Below, one piece after another: positions 48,813 to 51,487 of a stretch of DNA of 51,487 bases (position 1 is its first letter; the number at the start of each line of letters is the position of its first letter). This stretch comes from an uncultured Clostridia bacterium (GTDB taxonomy: Bacteria; Bacillota; Clostridia; Christensenellales; CALMFG01), in assembly GCA_937863465.1 (NCBI GenBank), contig CALMFG010000112.1:1-51487 (forward strand), given 5' to 3'. The notes under the pieces were generated by a model. It saw nothing but the letters and a program-made list of their open reading frames with translations. It searched no databases and was not told the origin of the DNA. The translations under genes and the position numbers were made by a program.

Positions 48813-50538
48813 CGCCTAGTTCCTCCTCGGATAGCTGGGACGCTACAATTTCTTTATAGACATCACATGTTTTCATCAATTCTTTGTGGGTGCCGATGCC
48901 CGCGATTTCACCCTGATCTAAAACCAGTATGCGGTCGGCGTTCATGACGGTGCTGACCCTTTGGGCCACAATCAGCACGGTGGCGTGATCAATCTCTTTT
49001 CGAAGCGCACTGCGCAGCTTGGCGTCGGTTTTAAAATCCAGCGCCGAGAAGCTGTCGTCAAAGATATAGATTTCTGGCTTGCGGACCAATGCCCGCGCGA
49101 TGGACAGACGCTGTTTTTGGCCGCCCGAGAAGTTTGCGCCGCCCTGTTCCACGCGCGCGTTGATGCCGTCTTCCAGCGTGTCAATAAACTCGCTGGCCTG
49201 CGCGGTTTTCAGCGCGGAAAGCACCTCGGCGTCGGTGGCGTCCGATTTGCCGTACTGCAGGTTCTCTTTGATACTGCCCGAAAACAGGCTGATCTTCTGG
49301 GGAACCAGACCCACCTTGGCGCGCAAGGCTTCCTTGCCCTGCTCGCGTACGTCCACGCCGTCTACCAAAACTTCGCCTTCGGAGACGTCGTAGAAACGCG
49401 GAATCAGGTTAACCAGGGACGTTTTGCCCGAGCCGGTCGAGCCGATGATGGCGGTGATTTCGCCGGGCTTTGCTTCAAAGCTGATGTTTTTCAAAACCGG
49501 CTTCTCTGCGCCCTTGTAGGAAAAGCTGACGTTGTTAAAGGTGACGCATCCGCAGGAACCTTTGGCTTCCAACGGTTTTTTGGGTTCCAACACTTCGTTT
49601 TCGATGTTCAGTACCGAGAGGATACGTTCGGCGGAAGCCGAAGCACGCGGAATCATTACAAACATCATGGTTGCCATCATGATGGAGAACATAATCTGCA
49701 TCACATATTGCTGGAAGGCCATCATATCGCCCACCTGGATGGCGCCGCTGTCGATGCGGTGTGCACCAAACCAGACGATAGCCACGGTGGTCATGTTCAT
49801 AATCAGCATCAGCGCCGGAAACATAAAGCTCATGATGCGGAACACCTTGATGCTGGTTCCGGTCAGGTCGGCGTTGGCTTCTTCAAAACGCGCTTCCTCA
49901 AACTTTTCCTTGTTGAAGGCGCGAATGACGCGGATACCGGTCAGGCTTTCGCGCAGAACCAGATTGACCTTGTCAATTTTCTTTTGGATGGATTTAAACA
50001 GCGGCAGACCTCTGCCCGCCACAACGCCGATGACCACGCCGAGTACAGCGGCCGCCACCAGAATAATCCACGAGAGCGCGATGTCGGTTTTCAGCGCCAT
50101 AATCAGACCGCCGATCAGCATCATCGGGGCAAAAATCATCATGGTCAGAATCATGACCATCACGTTCTGCACCTGTGTGACGTCGTTGGTGGTGCGGGTA
50201 ATCAGCGAGGATGTGCCGACCTGATCAAAGTCATGCAGAGAAAAACCTTCCACCTTGACGAAGATGCGGCGTCTTAAGTCGCGCGCAAAGGCCACGCCGG
50301 TTTTTGCGCCGTACAGACGGGCAATGATGGTGGCCACCGAAACGACAACCGAAAAGGCGAGCATAATGAGGCCGGTTTGGATGATGAAATTGATATCACC
50401 GCCAACCACGCCCTTGTCCACAATCTCGCTCATCAGATCCGGCAAGTACAGCTGGCTGAAAGCCTGAACCATGGTCAGCGCCAGGACCAGGATAATCCAG
50501 CGCGTATAGGGCTTTAAAAACTTAAACAGTTTTGTCAT
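48805..50538 (-). CDS. ABC transporter, fused permease/ATPase (partner half-transporter)
   Basis: GSTGSGKTS, FSGGQKQRLSIAR, IYIFDDSFSALD. There is an 8-nt overlap with the downstream half-transporter. Confidence 0.93.
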   Translation of the reverse strand: MTKLFKFLKPYTRWIILVLALTMVQAFSQLYLPDLMSEIVDKGVVGGDINFIIQTGLIMLAFSVVVSVATIIARLYGAKTGVAFARDLRRRIFVKVEGFSLHDFDQVGTSSLITRTTNDVTQVQNVMVMILTMMIFAPMMLIGGLIMALKTDIALSWIILVAAAVLGVVIGVVAGRGLPLFKSIQKKIDKVNLVLRESLTGIRVIRAFNKEKFEEARFEEANADLTGTSIKVFRIMSFMFPALMLIMNMTTVAIVWFGAHRIDSGAIQVGDMMAFQQYVMQIMFSIMMATMMFVMIPRASASAERILSVLNIENEVLEPKKPLEAKGSCGCVTFNNVSFSYKGAEKPVLKNISFEAKPGEITAIIGSTGSGKTSLVNLIPRFYDVSEGEVLVDGVDVREQGKEALRAKVGLVPQKISLFSGSIKENLQYGKSDATDAEVLSALKTAQASEFIDTLEDGINARVEQGGANFSGGQKQRLSIARALVRKPEIYIFDDSFSALDFKTDAKLRSALRKEIDHATVLIVAQRVSTVMNADRILVLDQGEIAGIGTHKELMKTCDVYKEIVASQLSEEELGDE

Positions 50539-50578
50539 AAAAAATCCTTTCTCATGTATAAAATTAGTAACTTGTTTT

Positions 50579-51136
50579 TTACTTGATTACCTGAATGATT
50601 TTTTCAATCATCCAGTCAAAATAGGCGCGGTCGATTTTTTCGTCCGAATGGAACATCGCGCTGGTGATGACGCCAGAGATGTTCGAAAACAAAAACCGCA
50701 TCGCCATTTTAGGCGGCACTGAAATTTGACCGAGCTCATACATTTTGGTGAAATATTTTTGGATGCTGTCTTTGGCGTCCTGATCGTGATGCGCTACGCG
50801 CTTGCGTTCTCCGGCTGCGTGATGGTCTCGGAAAACCATACGCATCAAAGGCAGGTTTTTTTCCAAAGTCTCCATCATCATATTGGCTACGGCTTTTACA
50901 TCGGTCTCAAGGTCATAGGTGGCGGACTCGGCCAGATATTGATGTACCTTAAAGGGATGGGTCTTAAGCTTTAATATCTCGGAAAACAGGGCGCGCTTGG
51001 TCTCGAAATTTCGGAAGAGCGTCACCTCGGAAACCCCGGCCTTTTCGGCGATTTCCTTGGTGGTGACGCTGCTAAACCCGTTTTCTTCAAACAAGTCGGC
51101 CGCAGCTTTGATAATTTTTTCTTTCGCGTTTAACAT
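50579..51136 (-). CDS. TetR/AcrR-family transcriptional regulator
   Basis: N-terminal HTH IIKAAADLFEENGFSSVTTKEIAEKAGVSEVTLFRNF. Confidence 0.9.
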   Translation of the reverse strand: MLNAKEKIIKAAADLFEENGFSSVTTKEIAEKAGVSEVTLFRNFETKRALFSEILKLKTHPFKVHQYLAESATYDLETDVKAVANMMMETLEKNLPLMRMVFRDHHAAGERKRVAHHDQDAKDSIQKYFTKMYELGQISVPPKMAMRFLFSNISGVITSAMFHSDEKIDRAYFDWMIEKIIQVIK

Positions 51137-51240
51137 GGTTACTCCTTGCTAATGCATGTAAGCACTTACTAACATACAGGAAAACAAAACCGTTGTAAAG
51201 CGGATAGATAAGCGTTCACAGATTATTTACAAAATATACT

Positions 51241-51269
51241 TTGACTTTCTTTGACCTACAATCTATAAT
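51241..51269 (+). promoter_or_regulatory. Sigma-A promoter of hsp20
   Basis: TTGACT, 17 nt spacer, TATAAT, about 48 nt upstream of ATG 51317. Confidence 0.65.
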
Positions 51270-51316
51270 ATGACCATCGAAAAGATAATACAATATATTT
51301 TAAGGAGGCGAGAAAT

Positions 51317-51487
51317 ATGTTTGATTTAATACCGGCAAGACCGCGCAGTATGTTCAACAATTTCTTCGGTGATGACTTTGTCAGAATGATGGATGCGTCG
51401 AGAGGCATGGAAACCGATATCAAGGAAACTGAAATCGGATATGAAATCAGCATGGATGTTCCGGGCTACGAAAAGGGCGACATCAAT
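51317..51487 (+). CDS. Hsp20/alpha-crystallin small heat-shock protein, 3' end outside the window
   Basis: Not in the ORF track. ATG lies behind TAAGGAGG. Translation MFDLIPARPRSMFNNFFGDDF...METDIKETEIGYEISMDVPGYEKGDIN matches the beginning of an alpha-crystallin domain. Confidence 0.85.
   Translation, partial: MFDLIPARPRSMFNNFFGDDFVRMMDASRGMETDIKETEIGYEISMDVPGYEKGDIN

Noticed and set aside
51137-51240. Candidate TetR operator (GTAAG-CA-CTTAC within ATGCATGTAAGCACTTACTAACAT) upstream of the TetR/ABC array.
   Set aside because: It has only 5-bp arms, which is plausible but too short to call from sequence alone.

Overview
This window is the chromosomal replication-origin region of a Firmicutes (Clostridia-type) bacterium and is almost entirely housekeeping. 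dnaA-dnaN-recF-remB-gyrB-gyrA run on the minus strand from about 39.3 to 30.4 kb. rpmH-rnpA-yidD-yidC-jag diverge on the plus strand from 39.7 to 42.2 kb. DnaA-box clusters flank dnaA on both sides, giving a bipartite oriC. Next to dnaN the layout is AT-rich tract, TAG-trinucleotide run, G-run, then two tandem DnaA boxes, which looks like a DnaA-trio unwinding module. The mnmE-mnmG-rsmG-(2H phosphoesterase)-parA-parB block, with a perfect parS, lies on the dnaA side of the origin rather than after jag. Other genes include lgt, a SAM-I riboswitch with metK, a GT39-like glycosyltransferase, a DnaD/DnaB-like plus DnaI/DnaC-like helicase-loader operon, a short AlaRS, two-subunit class I fumarate hydratase, a PHP phosphatase, cca, dapF, cvpA, argS, lepB, DUF951, MscS, a TelA-like protein, rsgA, an AKR/Fe-S oxidoreductase, a TetR plus heterodimeric ABC exporter cluster, and a partial hsp20. 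I found no rRNA, tRNA, CRISPR array, transposase or integrase, and no convincing defence-island-like module. The points most worth a second look are listed here. (1) A single in-frame TAG interrupts a DnaD-type domain and splits a 4-repeat DnaB(Bsu)/DnaD-like replication protein. (2) The origin has the trio-like unwinding architecture described above. (3) A perfect 16-bp palindrome lies 5 bp from parS. (4) Two alpha/beta-hydrolase-fold proteins lack the nucleophile serine; one of them is the first gene of the helicase-loader operon. (5) The 598-aa AlaRS lacks the C-Ala domain. (6) A zinc-ribbon domain is fused to an orphan ABC-permease-like membrane domain. Coordinates of small motifs were counted by eye and may be off by 1-2 nt.
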